DNA of 64,000 nucleotides from Candidatus Defluviilinea gracilis (GCA_016716235.1 JADJWS010000002.1:74904-138903); one strand, 5' to 3'. Positions 7,695 to 17,285 are shown, numbered from the stretch's first letter. The notes: generated from the sequence alone by a model not told the origin. Translations and numbers: made by a program.

Positions 7695-9320
7695 TCACAT
7701 CCTAAACACGCCAAAATTATTTTCTTCCACAGGTGAATTCAAAACAACAGATAATGCTAGACCAAGCACTTGACGCGTATCCACAGGATCAATCACGCCA
7801 TCATCCCACAATCTTGCGGTGGAATGATAGGGATTGCCTTCATCTTCGTATTTTTCTAGAATAGGGCGTTTGAACTCGTCGGCTTCTTGTTTCGTCATGG
7901 CAGGTTTGCCTTCACGGGCGAGTTGGTCTTGTTTGATGGTGAGCAGGACGTTCGCGGCTTGTTCCCCGCCCATGACGGAGATTCTTGCGTTGGGCCACAT
8001 CCATAAGAATCGTGAGCCGTAGGCGCGACCTGACATGGCATAGTTGCCCGCGCCGAACGAGCCGCCGATGACGACGGTTAACTTCGGCACGCGAGTCGTC
8101 GCCACCGCATGGACCATCTTCGCGCCGTCTTTGGCGATGCCGCCGACTTCGGCTTCACGTCCCACCATGAAGCCAGTGATGTTTTGCAGGAACACGAGCG
8201 GGATGCCGCGTTGGTCACAGAGTTCGATGAAGTGAGTCGCTTTGAGCGCGGACTCGCTGAACAAGACTCCGTTGTTGGCGATGATGCCGACGGGGTATCC
8301 ATGAATCCGCGCGAACCCGCAGACGAGAGTCGTGCCGTAGCGCGCTTTGAACTCGCGGAATTTGCTTCCATCCACGAGGCGGGCGATGATCTCATGAACA
8401 TCGTAGGTCTCGCGGAACGTCGCGGGCAGGATGCCGTAGATTTCTTCGGCGGGATAAAGAGGTTCCTCGGGTTTAGAAAGTGGAAAGTAGAAAGATGACT
8501 TTCCACTTTCTACTTTCGACGGAAGTGTCTCAACAATATTCCTCAGAATCTCAATCGCATGATCGTCATCCTCCGCAAAATGATCCGCAACCCCGCTTCG
8601 CCGCGTGTGGACGTCTGCTCCGCCCAAATCTTCCGCGCTCACATCCTCGCCTGTTGCCGCCTTCACGAGCGGAGGTCCGCCGAGGAAGATCGTGCCTGTG
8701 CCTTTGACGATGATGGCTTCGTCGCTCATCGCAGGGACGTACGCGCCGCCCGCCGTGCACGAGCCCATCACCGCCGCGATCTGCGGAATCTTTTTCGCGG
8801 ACATTCTTGCCTGATTGTAAAAGATGCGACCGAAATGATTCACATCGGGGAAGACTTCGTCTTGCAATGGCAAAAACGCTCCCCCCGAATCGACGAGATA
8901 CAGGCAGGGCAGATGATTCTCTTCGGCGATCTGTTGCGCGCGCAGATGTTTCTTGACCGTCATCGGGAGATACGATCCGCCTTTGACGGTCGCGTCGTTG
9001 GCGACGATGAGGACTTCGCGGTTGGACACGCGCCCGATGCCCGTGACGATACCCGCGCCTGGACCTTCGTTATCGTAAAGATCGGTCGCGGCAAGCGCGG
9101 AGAATTCGAGAAATGGAGAATTGGGGTCGAGCAGGCGTTCGATCCGCTCGCGGACGAAGAGTTTGCCCTGCGACTCGTGTCGCTTGCGATATTTTTCCCC
9201 GCCACCCTCGCGAACTTTAGCGAGGCGTCCCTTGAGTTCGTTCGCTAATGAACGATGGTGTTCGGAGTTTTGTTTGAATTCAGTCGAGGAGGTGTTGATG
9301 GAGGAGGAGATGGTTTCCAT
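7695..9320 (-). CDS. Methylcrotonyl-CoA carboxylase beta (carboxyltransferase) subunit
   Basis: 541 aa with strong MCC-beta signature blocks ([72 protein letters not shown]). Confidence 0.9.
   Translation of the reverse strand: METISSSINTSSTEFKQNSEHHRSLANELKGRLAKVREGGGEKYRKRHESQGKLFVRERIERLLDPNSPFLEFSALAATDLYDNEGPGAGIVTGIGRVSNREVLIVANDATVKGGSYLPMTVKKHLRAQQIAEENHLPCLYLVDSGGAFLPLQDEVFPDVNHFGRIFYNQARMSAKKIPQIAAVMGSCTAGGAYVPAMSDEAIIVKGTGTIFLGGPPLVKAATGEDVSAEDLGGADVHTRRSGVADHFAEDDDHAIEILRNIVETLPSKVESGKSSFYFPLSKPEEPLYPAEEIYGILPATFRETYDVHEIIARLVDGSKFREFKARYGTTLVCGFARIHGYPVGIIANNGVLFSESALKATHFIELCDQRGIPLVFLQNITGFMVGREAEVGGIAKDGAKMVHAVATTRVPKLTVVIGGSFGAGNYAMSGRAYGSRFLWMWPNARISVMGGEQAANVLLTIKQDQLAREGKPAMTKQEADEFKRPILEKYEDEGNPYHSTARLWDDGVIDPVDTRQVLGLALSVVLNSPVEENNFGVFRM
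8476..8517. repeat. 42-bp near-perfect palindrome inside the MCC-beta CDS
   Basis: GAAAGTGGAAAGTAGAAAG-ATGA-CTTTCCACTTTCTACTTTC, with 17 of 19 Watson-Crick pairs plus 1 G-T. Codes [16 protein letters not shown]. Confidence 0.8.
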
Positions 9321-9486
9321 GATGTAATTGGTAATTGGATGGGTTTGTAGTTATCGAGAGTCTAGCACATTCCCCAGGAAAACATAACATTGAAATGAAT
9401 TAAGGGAGGCAAAGACCGTCCACTTGAACCTGAAACTTGGAACCTGAAACTTGACACCGATTGTACCCCACCACTTTCCACGCAAA

Positions 9487-10425
9487 TCACTTCAACGACT
9501 GCGCCAGCATCCACGTATAAAGTTCTTGATCCTGATAGACCCTGCCGCTGATATCGTGGTCGCCGTCAGGATACACCGTGAACTGGATGTTGCCATCGCA
9601 CGCCTTCAACGCATCCACGAGGGATTGTTCCGCCTCGAGCGGCACGATCGTATCGACTGCGCCATGAAACGCCCAAATGGGTTTGTTTTTCAAATCGCAA
9701 ATATTTGCAGGGACATGGAAGCCGGTTGTGTCGCCGACAAACCCCATCACTGGCGCGAGCGCGGCGAACGTGTCTGGGTGACGCAGTCCATACTCCCACA
9801 CCCCGTTTCCGCCGATGCTCACACCCGTCAGGTAGACGCGCGTCGTGTCCACGGCGTATGATGCGGTCACTTCATCGAGCAGGGAAAAAACAGACGCCTC
9901 CACCTTATCTTGAAACCAATACTCATCGCCCGGTTTGCCGGTCAATTGCGGCGAGAGCACAATAAACGGAAAGTCCGGCGTGAACCCCAAAATTTGAGGC
10001 AGGGCTTCGTAGAGAAGCATGTCGGTGTTCGAACTGCTCGTCCCTGAGCCGTGTAGAAAAAGGATCAGGGGAAATTTCTGCGCGGGGTCTTTTCCGTAAT
10101 TTGAGGGCAGGAAGAGCAGATAGTTCCGACCTCCCGATTGGGATGTGAATGGATGTTGACCCGTGAGAATGTTCGACGGGAGCGCGGGCGCGTCGGTGAC
10201 CGGAAGTGTGGCTGTCGTTTCCGTAGTCGGCGTGACCGGCTGGGTGGCAGGGGGAGCCGAAGTATCGGTGGGGAGTGACGACGGTTGGGTAGGAGGCGCG
10301 GCCATATCGGTTGGGCTGGGCGCGGGTGATCCACATCCAGCCGCCAGGGTGGCGATCAATGGCAGAAGGATGAGGCGTGTTACGGTGTCTGAAATTTGGC
10401 TCGTGATGAGGCGATTGTTTTTCAT
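9487..10425 (-). CDS. Secreted alpha/beta-hydrolase esterase lipoprotein (PHB depolymerase/feruloyl esterase-like)
   Basis: Lipobox LAAGC, a Pro/Thr-rich linker, and the nucleophile elbow GVSIGG. Confidence 0.65.
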   Translation of the reverse strand: MKNNRLITSQISDTVTRLILLPLIATLAAGCGSPAPSPTDMAAPPTQPSSLPTDTSAPPATQPVTPTTETTATLPVTDAPALPSNILTGQHPFTSQSGGRNYLLFLPSNYGKDPAQKFPLILFLHGSGTSSSNTDMLLYEALPQILGFTPDFPFIVLSPQLTGKPGDEYWFQDKVEASVFSLLDEVTASYAVDTTRVYLTGVSIGGNGVWEYGLRHPDTFAALAPVMGFVGDTTGFHVPANICDLKNKPIWAFHGAVDTIVPLEAEQSLVDALKACDGNIQFTVYPDGDHDISGRVYQDQELYTWMLAQSLK

Positions 10426-10515
10426 GCGACAAGTCTAGCATAAAAATTTACAGCGCCGCAAAGTAAACTTTGCGGTGACGGATTGTGACAAGACAGAAAA
10501 ATTATCCCCAACTTC

Positions 10516-10630
10516 AGTATTTCATATTTTACGAAAGTTTATGCGACAGTTCGATTTGCCAAGCAAATCGTGTCGTATTCCTTGACGCAGTGCAACGTCG
10601 TCAAGGGCGTGTTTTCGTGTCTGCTGATTA
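10516..10630 (-). repeat. Element E copy 1 (about 100-bp intergenic repeat with two internal hairpins)
   Basis: About 75% identical by eye to 17655-17765. Terminal ACGAAAG / TTTTCGT inverted repeat. Hairpins CGATTTG-CCAAG-CAAATCG and CCTTGACG...CGTCAAGG. Confidence 0.6.
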
Positions 10631-11674
10631 TCCGCGGGGTAACTCGATGATGAACGTTGTGCCTGTTCCCAGTTCGCTTTGCGCTTCGATCGTGCCGCCA
10701 TGCGCGTGGATGAGTTGTTTCGTGATGGCGAGTCCGAGTCCGCTGTGGGCGCGTTCACTGCGCGATCTGTCGCCGCGCCAGAAGCGGTCGAAGATGAAGG
10801 GGAGATCGGCGGGGGGGATGCCAGAGCCAGTGTCTTGTATCGTAATGCGTACTGCGTATTGCGTATCGCGCGCGGATTCGGTTTCGATGGAAATTCTCCC
10901 GCCATGAGGAGTGTGGCGCAGGGCGTTCGAGATGAGATTCGATAGGACTTGATTCAAGCGGTCATAATCGGCGGTGACTTGTTGATGTTCATCGGCGAGG
11001 CGCGTTTGCAGGTCGATGCCGAGGGACGCGGCTTGGGAGGAAAAACTCGAAGTGAGATCATGCAGAAGGTCGGCGAGCAGAAATAAGGTGGGATGAAGCG
11101 GGAGTTGTCCCGTTTCGGCGAGGGAGAGAGTCTGCAAGTCGTTCACGAGGTGGGTGAGGAGGCGAGTCTCATCCAATGTGTTGTTGATGTGTTCGGGCGT
11201 GGGCTGATAGACGCCATCCACGATGCCTTCGAGGTTGCCTTGAATGATGTGGAGCGGCGTGCGGAGTTCGTGCGCGATGTCGGCGGTGAGGTTGCGGCGT
11301 TGTTGCGCGGCGCGTTCGAGTTCGCCGACCATCTTGTTGAAGCGTTTGATGAGATCGCTGAACATATCGGATTTATTCTCAGGCACGCGCGCCGAGAGAT
11401 TACCCTCTTCGACGGCATTGATCGTTTTGAAAAACTCTTCGAGAGGTTTGCCGTAGCGAAGATAGAGGTTGAAGGCGGTAATGAAAAGGATGACGACCAG
11501 AACGACGGGCGCGCCGCAGACGAGGATCCAAATGTTTCTGATGTTGGTGTATTGCGAAAAGAGCAGGTAAAGAAGAGCGGCGATGCCCCCGACAAAAAGG
11601 AAAACGGTGAGGATGAAGAAGATGACGAGGAGGACGAAGCGGTGTCGGCGTTTGGGAGGAGGGGAGGTGGACAT
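10628..11674 (-). CDS. Sensor histidine kinase (2 TM, HAMP, HisKA, HATPase)
   Basis: H-box ADIAHELRTPL; ATPase G-boxes DTGSGI and GLGLAI. Confidence 0.9.
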   Translation of the reverse strand: MSTSPPPKRRHRFVLLVIFFILTVFLFVGGIAALLYLLFSQYTNIRNIWILVCGAPVVLVVILFITAFNLYLRYGKPLEEFFKTINAVEEGNLSARVPENKSDMFSDLIKRFNKMVGELERAAQQRRNLTADIAHELRTPLHIIQGNLEGIVDGVYQPTPEHINNTLDETRLLTHLVNDLQTLSLAETGQLPLHPTLFLLADLLHDLTSSFSSQAASLGIDLQTRLADEHQQVTADYDRLNQVLSNLISNALRHTPHGGRISIETESARDTQYAVRITIQDTGSGIPPADLPFIFDRFWRGDRSRSERAHSGLGLAITKQLIHAHGGTIEAQSELGTGTTFIIELPRG

Positions 11675-11752
11675 GAGGAGAGTGGAAAGAGGAAAGTAGC
11701 GAGTGGAAAGTGGAAAGTCAGTGAGCAGTGACCAGTGCGATGAGGAAAGAGG

Positions 11753-12427
11753 TTATTCGATGAAGCGGTAACCGATTCCGTAGACCGTTTCGATCATGGA
11801 TTTGCCTGAGGCGGCTTCGAGTTTTTTACGCAGGTTCTTGATGTGCGAATCGACACTGCGATCCATGCTGGAGGATGTGCCGTGCAGGTCTTCGAGTAAT
11901 TGCTCGCGTGTGAGCGTTTGGCTGGGACGGCTGGCGAGCAGGACCAGCAATTTGAATTCGTTGGGAGTTAACTTGATCGGACTGTTGTTGAAAGACACTG
12001 CGTATTTTTCCGAATCAATTTCAAGCCCGCCCACGCGGATGAGGCTCGGCGCTTTGACATCGCCGCGCGTTCGGCGGAGCAACGCCCGCACACGCGCCAC
12101 CAACGCGCGGACGGAGAACGGCTTGGTGATGTAATCGTCCGCGCCGATTTCGAGACCCGTCACTTGATCTATTTCTTCGGAGAGGGCGGTGAGCATGATG
12201 ATGGGCACGTCGCTTTCGCGGCGCAGGATGCGGCAGACTTCGCGCCCGTCCATTTGTGGGAGCATCAGGTCGAGGATGAGGAGGTCGGGTTTTTCGCGGC
12301 GGGCAATCGTCAGCGCGGATTGACCGTCGGCGGCGGTGACGACGCGGAATCCGTTCTTCTCCAGATAATCTCGCGCGAGGCGCGCGATCTTGGGTTCGTC
12401 ATCCACGACGAGGATGAGGGGTGGCAT
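11753..12427 (-). CDS. OmpR/PhoB-type response regulator
   Basis: Receiver domain (VVDDEP...DLLILDLMLP) plus a winged-helix C-terminus (VYGIGYRF). Confidence 0.9.
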   Translation of the reverse strand: MPPLILVVDDEPKIARLARDYLEKNGFRVVTAADGQSALTIARREKPDLLILDLMLPQMDGREVCRILRRESDVPIIMLTALSEEIDQVTGLEIGADDYITKPFSVRALVARVRALLRRTRGDVKAPSLIRVGGLEIDSEKYAVSFNNSPIKLTPNEFKLLVLLASRPSQTLTREQLLEDLHGTSSSMDRSVDSHIKNLRKKLEAASGKSMIETVYGIGYRFIE

Positions 12428-12559
12428 GGGGGGAGTATAAGGGAGGAAAGGGGAATGATGAAGGATGAATTATCAAGGATGAGTTATGAAAGTTTTTGGC
12501 ACGCAAAGTAGAGAGAATGAGGTAGAAAGTAGAAAGGGGAGAGTGGAGGATGTTTTCTT

Positions 12560-14104
12560 TTAGTTGACCTTGTCCGGTTCGAGGATTGTGACGTTTTGCC
12601 CGGCGTATTTTTCGTACAGGTCACTGCGGCGCTTTCTCCAGCCGTCCAGCCCGCCGCGCAGGTTGGTGATTTTCTTGAAGCCTTTCGATTTCAGGTAATA
12701 CGAGATCATCACCGAAAGCCCGCCGCCCGGGCAGTACACCAAAATATTTTTATCGCGCGGAAGTTGTTTCAAGTAGTTTTCGACTCGGAGCGGGTTGACC
12801 TGGTGAGAATTTGGCAGACCCTCGAATTTTTTACGGTCATCGCCTGGGCGCACATCGAGGATGAAAGTTTTCTCGTCGAAGAGAATGTTTTCATTCAATT
12901 GCGCGGGCGCGAGCATGTTGACGAAAGAGATTCGTCCTTCAATGTAATCTTGGATTACCTGTGTCGCGTATCGGATGTCGCGTGATGAAGTTTCATGCCC
13001 GAGACTGATTCGAATCGTCTCGCGGGCGGCTTGGTCGGATACGCCGATCGCTTTCAACACGTGGGAGGGCGTATCTTCGCCGGTACTGCACGCCGACCCG
13101 GCAGAGACGGCGATGCCGCGATAGTCCAACATTCCCATCAACCCGGCATTCTCCACGCCGGGGAAGGTAACGCTAAGCGTGTTCGGCAGGGATTCTGATT
13201 CTGGCGAGTTGATCACGCAATCTGGCTTGATCTCTTTGAGCCGTTGAGTCAATTGTCGCTTCAATGTTTGAGTTCGTTTGCTCTGCGCGAGGAGTTTATC
13301 CACGTCCTGACAAGCCGCGCCAAAGCCGACGATGTTGTGAAGGCTTTCCGTCCCAGCTCGCAGTCCGCTTTCCTGATGACCGCCATGGAGCAACGGAGTA
13401 AATGGACTTCCCTGTTTGATGTACAACGCGCCGATGCCTTTCGGTCCATATAGTTTGTGCGCCGAGAAGGAAGCGTAGTCAACATCCCATGAGTGGAGGT
13501 CAATCGGAATTTTTCCCAACGCTTGCACGCAGTCTGTCAATACCAACGCGCCGTGTTGATGCGCGATCTTCGTCACCGCTTTGATGTCTTGAATGACGCC
13601 GGTTTCATTGTTTGCCAACATGCAACAGACAAGGAAGGTATCCTCATCGATCATCTTTTCCAATTCGACGAGTTGTACACGCCCTTTGTCGTCAACTGGA
13701 CAATATTTGACGATCACTCCTTGGGTTTCGAGATAGTCCAGCGTTTTCAACACAGAAGGGTGTTCGATGGGCGTGGAAACAATCTTCTTCTTTTTCGGAT
13801 AAAAATGCGCGGCAACCGATTTGAGCGCAGCGTTATTTGACTCGGTCGCGCAGGCAGTGAAATAAACATCCGACGGGTCGGCGTGAATCGCTTTTGCCAC
13901 GTGTTGACGGGCTTCTTCGAGCAACTCTGCCGATTTTCTGCCAATACCATAGAACGATGATGGATTGCCGTATTGGTTTCTCAACACCTGTTCCATCTTT
14001 CTACGGACATGGTCGCTCACAGGCGTCGTCGCATTGTGATCGAGATAGACCTGCCGATTGAAGCGAATGAGGTGTTTCAAGAATTCAAAGTATCTAAGTT
14101 CCAT
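12560..14104 (-). CDS. Cysteine desulfurase (NifS/IscS-like) fused to a C-terminal rhodanese domain
   Basis: PLP-Lys region SFSAHKLYGPKG, a Cys loop SAGSACS, and a C-terminal ~110 aa with the rhodanese active-site loop YCPGGG. Confidence 0.8.
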   Translation of the reverse strand: MELRYFEFLKHLIRFNRQVYLDHNATTPVSDHVRRKMEQVLRNQYGNPSSFYGIGRKSAELLEEARQHVAKAIHADPSDVYFTACATESNNAALKSVAAHFYPKKKKIVSTPIEHPSVLKTLDYLETQGVIVKYCPVDDKGRVQLVELEKMIDEDTFLVCCMLANNETGVIQDIKAVTKIAHQHGALVLTDCVQALGKIPIDLHSWDVDYASFSAHKLYGPKGIGALYIKQGSPFTPLLHGGHQESGLRAGTESLHNIVGFGAACQDVDKLLAQSKRTQTLKRQLTQRLKEIKPDCVINSPESESLPNTLSVTFPGVENAGLMGMLDYRGIAVSAGSACSTGEDTPSHVLKAIGVSDQAARETIRISLGHETSSRDIRYATQVIQDYIEGRISFVNMLAPAQLNENILFDEKTFILDVRPGDDRKKFEGLPNSHQVNPLRVENYLKQLPRDKNILVYCPGGGLSVMISYYLKSKGFKKITNLRGGLDGWRKRRSDLYEKYAGQNVTILEPDKVN

Positions 14105-14182
14105 TGGATTACCTCTCCGAGCGCCACATTTTGATTCTCATATACGTGATCGTACAAAGCGAGTTGATATTGCGGGGTTCGT

Positions 14183-15148
14183 TTATGTCATTGTGACAAC
14201 GATCTTGCCTCGCGCATGACCGTTGCCAAGATGTGTCATGGCGTCAACGATGCGCGTCATTGGGTAAGCCTTCTCGACAAACGGTTTCACTTTTCCGCTT
14301 TCGACCAGTTCTTTCAAGGTTTGCATATCCGCGCGGTTGAATTGGGCGGTGAAAAACACGAATTTTTGACTCGCGCCCAGCATCGAAACTTTCATCTTGA
14401 CCAAAAGACTGACTGGACCGATCAATTCCGTCTTGGGTCCTCCGATGAGCACAAAGGTTGCGTCTGGCTTGAGAACGCGTTTGTAATCAGACCACGAACG
14501 CCCGCCATTGACATTGAGCAGTAGATCATATTTTTTGCCGTTGCGCGTAAAGTCCTCTTTGGTGTAATCAATCACATGATCGGCGCCCAGCCTGCGAGCG
14601 TGTTCAACATTGTTCGTACTGCACACAGCCGTCACGTCCGCGCCGAGCGCTTTGGCGATCTGAATCGCAAACGATCCGACTCCGCCCGACGCGCCGTGGA
14701 TCAGGACTTTCTGCCCGGGCTGGATTTTCCCGTGATCGCGCAGTCCCTGCAACGCGGTGATTCCCGCTGTGGGGACGGACGCCGCTTCTTCCATCGTGAC
14801 GTTGGCTGGTTTCAACGCGATGGCATTTTTCACGCTGACGTATTCCGCATACGCTCCGCTTCTCCCGCCGAAGACTTCGTCGCCGCGCTTGAAATCGGTG
14901 ACGTTTTTGCCGACCGCTTCGACCACGCCCGCAAAATCCGCGCCGAGACGCGTGTCTTTCGGCTTGACGAGTCCGCCGCCCAGAATGCGGGCGATGGGCA
15001 AGCCTGTCATACCGTACCATTCCGCAACATTGATCGAGGAGGCGCGCACGCGAACTAGCACGGCATCATCTGAAACTTCTGGCTTTGCGATCTCTTTGAT
15101 CTTCAATACATCTGGCTGACCATACGACTCAAACATAACTGCTTTCAT
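14183..15148 (-). CDS. Zinc-type/MDR NAD(P)H quinone oxidoreductase-like dehydrogenase
   Basis: MDR fold with nucleotide-binding IHGASGGVGSFAIQ. Confidence 0.8.
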   Translation of the reverse strand: MKAVMFESYGQPDVLKIKEIAKPEVSDDAVLVRVRASSINVAEWYGMTGLPIARILGGGLVKPKDTRLGADFAGVVEAVGKNVTDFKRGDEVFGGRSGAYAEYVSVKNAIALKPANVTMEEAASVPTAGITALQGLRDHGKIQPGQKVLIHGASGGVGSFAIQIAKALGADVTAVCSTNNVEHARRLGADHVIDYTKEDFTRNGKKYDLLLNVNGGRSWSDYKRVLKPDATFVLIGGPKTELIGPVSLLVKMKVSMLGASQKFVFFTAQFNRADMQTLKELVESGKVKPFVEKAYPMTRIVDAMTHLGNGHARGKIVVTMT

Positions 15149-15166
15149 GGTTGATTCTCCTTTTAT

Positions 15167-15262
15167 GTCACTCTGAGCGGAGCGAAGAGTCTCGTTTGTT
15201 GCGGTAGAGATTCTTCGTCGTGGAGTTTACCCTGAGTAAGTCGAAGGGCGGCTCAGAATGAC
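15167..15262. repeat. P1 palindromic repeat, full copy
   Basis: GTCACTCTGAGCGGAGCGAAGAGTCTCG...GGCGGCTCAGAATGAC. Confidence 0.75.
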
Positions 15263-15358
15263 ATGCCTATATTTGCTGTAAGGTTATCAACTCATTGTGG
15301 AGGAAATATGGACGAGCCTGTCAGGGATTGTGGAGGTTGTTCCCCCCCCGTGTTATGT

Positions 15359-15646
15359 TTACAAACGGATTTCAAGCCGTATCTTCACATTATCCCCCTC
15401 GCCGATCTCTTCCGCTTTTTGGACCACCATCTTGATCGGCACAAGATAGAGACCGTCTTTCGGGAACAGGGAGGTCTTAAACTCGGTCTTGCCGATCCGC
15501 GCGTGGACGGGAATCACTCCCCAGCCATACGTGACCTCTCTTGAGATGGCTTGGATATCGCGGCTTTGCTTTTCTGGCACAGCGACGAAAAGATACGGAG
15601 CAGGTCCGCGCCAATGGAAGATCGCGCCGCTGAACTCGAAGGTCAT
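15359..15646 (-). CDS. DUF1905 domain protein
   Basis: 95 aa; matches the DUF1905 pattern (GWGVIPVHARIGKTEFKTSLFP). Confidence 0.65.
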   Translation of the reverse strand: MTFEFSGAIFHWRGPAPYLFVAVPEKQSRDIQAISREVTYGWGVIPVHARIGKTEFKTSLFPKDGLYLVPIKMVVQKAEEIGEGDNVKIRLEIRL

Positions 15647-15648
15647 GG

Positions 15649-15843
15649 TCAGGCTCTACCGCGCGGCTTGACGAGAATATTTCGCGCAAGCGTCTTGAAC
15701 CGCTCGCCATTCTTTTGCACAATGGTGATAGTGACATGACCCGTCTTGCTCATCTTGCTGTCTCTGACGGTTCCAGATTTACCCGCGTGTGTTCCGCGAA
15801 TCACTTCGCAAAAGTCGCCGTCTTTTGGTTGTCTACTGTTCAT
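15649..15843 (-). CDS. Small KOW-motif protein
   Basis: MNSRQPKDGDFCEVIRGTHAGKSGTV... has a KOW-like G-x-x-x-G-K motif. The internal ATG at 15843 was chosen to avoid overlap with the upstream gene. Confidence 0.45.
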   Translation of the reverse strand: MNSRQPKDGDFCEVIRGTHAGKSGTVRDSKMSKTGHVTITIVQKNGERFKTLARNILVKPRGRA

Positions 15844-15887
15844 GTGTATTGCTCCTGTTCGTTTCAATGGACCGCGCCGCATTCCAT

Positions 15888-16427
15888 TCATTGCTCCATG
15901 GATTGCAGCCATAGTTTCGCATCGTCCGCTTTCACGGCGCGCTCCGCTTCGTGAAGCAGTGCATTCAAACTTCTTCTGCGTCCGATTTGCTTAGCAAATC
16001 GCGGCGCATTCGGCGGCAAGTAGGAAGTCGGCAGAGGCGTCGGCTGACTATTCAGTGAAACGTTGAAACACGGCGACCAGCGCTCGATCAACAGCCGCTC
16101 CGAAGCGGATAAATCATTCCCAACGACATCGAATTGCTCCGACTGTGAACTCAACAATTCAATCGTGAAACTCATAGACTTGGGCCAGTTGACCCACACG
16201 AATCGACCCACAATCGAGTGTCCCTTGAATCCGCCGAGGAGATGTTCCCACACGCGAGCAAAGGCGAGTTGTGATTGCCCGACGTAAAACGCTGTGTCGT
16301 TATCTCGGAATAGGTAGAGATCGAAGTCCTTCCACTCGGGAGGACATTCTCCGATGAGCAGGAAGCGCTTTAGTGGAACTACGATGGTGTCTTGCTCATG
16401 CGGAGGTCTGTCAGCGTGGTTTTGCAT
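15888..16427 (-). CDS. GIY-YIG nuclease superfamily-like protein
   Basis: DLYLFRDNDTAFYVGQS (GIY...YIG-like), followed by ERLLIERWSPCFN (conserved E...N). Confidence 0.45.
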   Translation of the reverse strand: MQNHADRPPHEQDTIVVPLKRFLLIGECPPEWKDFDLYLFRDNDTAFYVGQSQLAFARVWEHLLGGFKGHSIVGRFVWVNWPKSMSFTIELLSSQSEQFDVVGNDLSASERLLIERWSPCFNVSLNSQPTPLPTSYLPPNAPRFAKQIGRRRSLNALLHEAERAVKADDAKLWLQSMEQ

Positions 16428-16875
16428 CGAAACGCGCCTTAAGTCTTTTATGTCTGTGTCTAAAAACTGTTTGATAGATCAGAGCCGCCAACCCGCCGAT
16501 GATCCTAATCCTTGGCGTAAACTCCACCACATCATGGATCTTGCAAGATGCGCCGTCGGGTGCGACTGTCCGTTTGTGCGCCCATAACGAATTCATCCAT
16601 GAGGAGGAGCGCTCCTCGAACCCATGCGCCGACACCCTCTCCATGTAAAACGAATGGACGTCAATTGGGAATACCCAAAGCGCGAAAATCACACTGCGGA
16701 ACAGCGGCGTACCCGTCTGCCATTCGGTTAATGGTCTCTGCTCCCATTGTTTTGGGCACGTCATTTTGAGAAAAGGTCCTAACTCATAATTTACGCCGCC
16801 CATCGTTAAATGTTTTTCAATGAATTCGGTTGCCGAGAGGTTGATATGACTACTTTCTTCAAATTTCAGGGGCAT
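16411..16875 (-). CDS. Hypothetical protein
   Basis: 154-aa ORF in an operon-like array. No domain recognised by eye. Confidence 0.4.
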   Translation of the reverse strand: MPLKFEESSHINLSATEFIEKHLTMGGVNYELGPFLKMTCPKQWEQRPLTEWQTGTPLFRSVIFALWVFPIDVHSFYMERVSAHGFEERSSSWMNSLWAHKRTVAPDGASCKIHDVVEFTPRIRIIGGLAALIYQTVFRHRHKRLKARFDAKPR

Positions 16876-16937
16876 GGAAATTCTCGTCTAGGCAGGGACA
16901 GCGCGCGCCTTGTTGGGTAGCGGCGGTTGGCTTGAAC

Positions 16938-17285
16938 TCAGCCACCGTGAACCTGTCGCGAATCGTCAGGCGCATCCATGCGGTCGTTTAATCCATAGTC
17001 TCGGATGACTTGCGCCACGCGCAGGCGATACTCTGCAAAAACGTACTGTCTACCCGCAGATTGGGCGCGTCGGTGCGCGTCGAGGTTTCGCCACTGCTTC
17101 ACAGCCTCTTCATCCCGCCAGAAGGACAAAGACAAAATTTTACCCGGCTCAGTCAGGCTTTCGAATCGTTCAATTGATATGAAGCCGTCAATATGCTCCA
17201 AGTGGGATCTCAAATCGGCGGCGAAGTCTAGGTAAACTTGCTTTTGATCTGGATGCGGCAACACTTCAAAAATCACGGCGATCAA
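16938..17285 (-). CDS. Antibiotic biosynthesis monooxygenase (ABM) domain protein
   Basis: ABM ferredoxin-like pattern ([11 protein letters not shown]...[13 protein letters not shown]). Confidence 0.7.
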   Translation of the reverse strand: MIAVIFEVLPHPDQKQVYLDFAADLRSHLEHIDGFISIERFESLTEPGKILSLSFWRDEEAVKQWRNLDAHRRAQSAGRQYVFAEYRLRVAQVIRDYGLNDRMDAPDDSRQVHGG

